NCBI GenBank assembly: GCA_038146785.1
Contig: JAYQSI010000019.1
Span: forward strand, 161,370-225,369
DNA length: 64,000 bases
Source of the DNA: Gammaproteobacteria bacterium
GTDB lineage: Bacteria; Pseudomonadota; Gammaproteobacteria; Chromatiales; Chromatiaceae
Direction of reading: 5' to 3'
A program made the translations under genes and the position numbers. The notes beneath the pieces were generated by a model, which saw nothing but the letters and a program-made list of their open reading frames with translations, had not been told where the DNA came from and did not search any database. Numbering within the stretch: the first letter of the stretch is position 1; every line of letters begins with the position of its first letter. This document shows positions 63,770 to 64,000 of this stretch, piece by piece.

Positions 63770-64000
63770 ATGACTAAGAAGTCAAAATCATTAGATTCGT
63801 CAAATACTATTAGTCTCAAACTCAGCCTCTCAGAACGAAAGCTATTACTCGATCTCGATATTGCCCCGCCTCATTTGTTAGAACGAATCGCTATCGCTCC
63901 AGACAAAAAATGGGACTCGCACTTCAATTTTACCCCTGAAGAGCTGGATCAATTTGCTGGTTTTATTTTAGACAAGGCTGAGGAAACGATGTACGTTGAA
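63770..64000 (+). CDS. Hypothetical protein, N-terminal 77 codons (runs off the window)
   Basis: ATG at 63770, open to the window end: MTKKSKSLDSSNTISLKLSLSERKLLLDLDIAPPHLLERIAIAPDKKWDSHFNFTPEELDQFAGFILDKAEETMYVE. No domain recognised. Confidence 0.4.
   Translation, partial: MTKKSKSLDSSNTISLKLSLSERKLLLDLDIAPPHLLERIAIAPDKKWDSHFNFTPEELDQFAGFILDKAEETMYVE

Noticed and set aside
49700-64000. Alternative genetic code (e.g. TGA=Trp or reassigned TAA/TAG) as the explanation for the many interrupted genes in the low-GC part
   Set aside because: Following the homology requires changes of reading frame, not read-through of in-frame stops, with the single exception at 57451. Recoding therefore cannot repair the genes.

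Overview
The window joins two very different kinds of DNA. Positions 1 to ~49,700 (about 50% GC from spot counts of single 60-nt lines) are ordinary gammaproteobacterial chromosome with conserved housekeeping synteny. This part holds pepA/lptFG, a FixL/FixJ-like two-component pair, glcDE, ppsR, pgm and htpG with a sigma-32-type promoter. It also holds two REC-GGDEF genes, a glyoxylate-shunt neighbourhood (glcB, RraA-like, LysR, aceA, aceK), adk and a thioredoxin. The complete iscRSUA-hscBA-fdx-iscX operon is followed directly by relA, then ndk, rlmN-pilW-rodZ-hisS-yfgM-bamB-der, xseA and guaBA. From ~49,700 to 64,000 the sequence drops to about 30-35% GC and begins in the middle of an ammonium-transporter domain. 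It carries a dense block of signalling genes: an Amt-PAS-histidine-kinase fusion, REC-HDOD, a REC-HK-REC-REC hybrid kinase, an NtrC-type sigma-54 activator and a MASE1 hybrid kinase. After these come a truncated tRNA-Pro(UGG) 3' half flanked by tandem 11-mers, and an XRE-HTH/ImmA-IrrE peptidase + DUF4411 two-gene module. Nearly every gene in the low-GC part, plus lptF/lptG at the left end, is broken by clustered frameshifts. The ~46 kb core between them has only three disruptions (pgm, one REC-GGDEF gene, a DUF465 gene). I recognised no rRNA, CRISPR array, intact integrase or IS element. Four observations stand out: the compositional junction near 49.7 kb (chimeric join versus decayed foreign island), the Amt-fused sensor-kinase cluster, the tRNA-fragment/att-like site beside a toxin-antitoxin/defence-like pair, and the patchy distribution of frameshifts. 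All product calls rest on my own reading of the translations; no database search was run.
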